A stretch of 63,834 nt of DNA, the filler included, from Dimargaris cristalligena (taxonomy: Eukaryota), in NCBI GenBank assembly GCA_003614675.1. It is 18 parts of 18 records of this genome, joined end to end, with 100 filler letters (N's around TTAATTAATTAA, not from the genome) between each part and the next. Parts side by side here need not be neighbours in the genome. Positions count along the whole stretch, not along the records: positions 60,402 to 63,834 come from ML003946.1; 17 more parts are not named here. One strand, written 5' to 3'. The notes under the pieces are model-generated. The model was not told the origin of the DNA. It saw only the letters and a list, made by a program, of their open reading frames with translations, and ran no database searches. Below, one piece after another: positions 61,645-63,834 of this stretch; positions within the stretch are counted from its first letter, which is position 1, and each line of letters opens with the position of its first letter. A program made the position numbers and the translations under genes.

Positions 61645-63205
61645 CTATACGATACCTTCAGGATCTAACGGCCCAGCAGAATTATCCGCATCCGACAAAA
61701 AGGTGGGAACGGCTAGTGAAATTGGGCTGTGGTTCAGGGGATAGAAATGCATTATGACCCTGCCGTCTTTTTCCAAAGAAATTGGGGTGGCATGAAAATG
61801 AAATCGGGAGAAGCAATCAACCTTGTCCATGTCTGATTGATCGACCGACACGCTTGGGCGAGGTTCCTCCGAAGGGGCTGCCCAACCCTCTGGGAGGTGG
61901 TCTACAGCTGTCCATTTTTCTTGTAGGGCACAATAGACCAGCTCCCGACGGGACAGCCCCTCGGGTTCAGAGACCAATATCCCGTTGGCTAACCTCATTT
62001 TCCCCTAAAAAATGGCAGCCAATGCAGCCATGTTCCGATCACGATCATTTAAAACACTTTGCCCGGACCCGGACGTATTGGTTCTAGACTGATGGGTAAT
62101 TCGGGCCGTATCCTGGAGCTGGTTTAAATCGCCCGACTGCGTCGCTAGATAGGTAGTAGCCTGAGCCAAGGTGATGTGGAGGTCACACTGAAAGTACATT
62201 GGAATAAAACTAGTTCGTCGCTGATTCAGGTAAGCGGTTGCGGACATGCGATAATCTCTGGTGTGAAGGTCAACCTTTAGGATTTTCAGAAGATTGACAT
62301 AATTTTCCGGTACCCTGCCAGGTGGGCCGTGTCGCATGGCATCAGTGAACGCTGGGGTGTACATGAAGTCCACTGCTGGCTTAAGGTGATCCAAGTCACC
62401 CGTACAAATGACATTGATAATGGGAAAATAGGCATCCATGATTTCGTTCGAGCTTGAGTCAACATGGATGACAAAGCGGTTCTCATGGAGCCATTTGAGC
62501 TCTGGTTTGAAAGCTGCAATGGCATGCAGGACTAGGGATTTTATAGTAGATCCTACCTTGGAGCCTTCCGAATCTAGCTTTCGATTGCCTAGCGTATCAA
62601 AACCAAGCGATTCCAAATGATCGTAAATCAATTGAACCACGATTGAGCGCATAAGATTGCTGCAAAGCGGACTAAAATCATCGAGTAATGTACTATCTAG
62701 AGTGGTGGTATTGGAACTCCTGGCCAGATGTCTAGTGGAGACGAGCATAAATTTTTGCATGGTCTACGCATAGAAGTGTGATATTTAAATATATACATTG
62801 TAAGAAGTCGGAGGGGCAATGCGTTATAAAAGATGGCCAAGCATATTTTCCAGCTACGGGGAATACGGCACCAAACCAGGCACTGCCGCAGTTAAAATAA
62901 ACAATTCAATAGTTGTCCAATTAACAATTAAGCCAGTGGCGTTAAATCATAAATTGGCGGCTTCCATAATCTACGGCCTGATATAAATTTATCTTGGCAT
63001 TCCAGGCAATCTGCGTTCGCAGAATAGTGGCCCGCCATGTTTTGCTCACATTCATGGCGTTTAGTTGGTCAAGCTGAGATAAATGGCTGATAGTTTCGTG
63101 TTGAAGCTCCGCTGGCAGTTTGTCTATTATACCACTGGGCATGGCAGATACCATTGGGCTCAGCAGGGCCAGATGATACAAGTCGACGGAAATGGATACT
63201 TTCAT
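61645..63205 (-). pseudogene. Signal peptide + F-box protein gene, apparently disrupted
   Basis: MKVSISVDLYHLALLSPMVSA|MP followed by an F-box (IDKLPAELQHETISHLSQLDQLNAMNVSKTWRATI), stop at 62942-62944. Downstream frames 62005-62760 and 61645-61998 are in frame, separated only by TAG at 62005-62007. Confidence 0.6.
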
Positions 63206-63834
63206 AATGACTTAGGGATGAGTGGGTTAATCTATTTAGGAACGCGAGAACTATTGGACAACATCAGTGGCAAAAAAATGGCGAGGGTCGAAATTGAAAA
63301 GAAAATAATAAAATAACCGACAGGGGAAGGAAAACTGGGTAAAGTAAATATATGGGGGCTTCAGTTATCTGAAAAACGGCCTGGGGGTGGTATTTCAATT
63401 TGAGGTGGCTTGGGATCAGAGGTCAAACACAATAGTGCACACGAGGGCTATTTCAATATTGGGTCAAAGAGGGCTGTGGTAAACTGACATGTAGACCAAT
63501 CGGCTGGGTTGGTTATGATGGAAAACATAGTAGGACGGAGTGTGTGCGAGAATAGCCTGCCAATCGGAAACATGGGGGAGTAAAGGGAAACGTGGTGGCA
63601 TAAACAGGCTCGATTTCAAAGCAGGTGAATGGAGGTGGCTTGGTACTCGTTGGCGGTTATCGGCGGGTGGCCTGTGGTGTAACTTTACCTCGAAGATTGT
63701 GTTGGAAATTCATTTCCCCCGTCCCACCAATTCCTTTACTCTGATTGGCTCGTCCTATACTCGGGACTATATTCTAATCTTTACTATATCATTCTATACC
63801 CGGGACTTCGTCCTAGTCATTATTACTACTAATT

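Overview
This window is not contiguous. It is 18 short eukaryotic (fungal) contigs of about 3.3-3.5 kb joined by 17 artificial 100-nt linkers (N44-TTAATTAATTAA-N44), so adjacency across linkers has no biological meaning. Short GT-AG introns and the gene content point to early-diverging fungi, possibly Zoopagomycota mycoparasites (inference). Contig 1 is more GC-rich and may come from another species. Recognisable genes are the PGK 3' end, purine nucleoside phosphorylase, a frameshifted NmrA-like gene, an intron-containing NAMPT-type phosphoribosyltransferase, a SAP/Tho1-like gene, SYO1/HEATR3 and a LAG1-family ceramide synthase. Two genes fuse an apparent secretion signal to an intracellular regulatory domain: a 7-finger Kruppel C2H2 protein (intact) and an F-box protein (disrupted). 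These are candidate host-translocated effectors and the most intriguing signal. Most of the remainder is CpG-depleted transposon debris: three LTR families (one with about 15 copies), a near-intact Ty3/gypsy pol plus LTR, a gypsy relic with dUTPase after RNase H, two DIRS elements with terminal hairpins, and Helitron and LINE remnants. One contig is a CpG-rich, hairpin-dense repeat array with ~186/373-bp periodicity.
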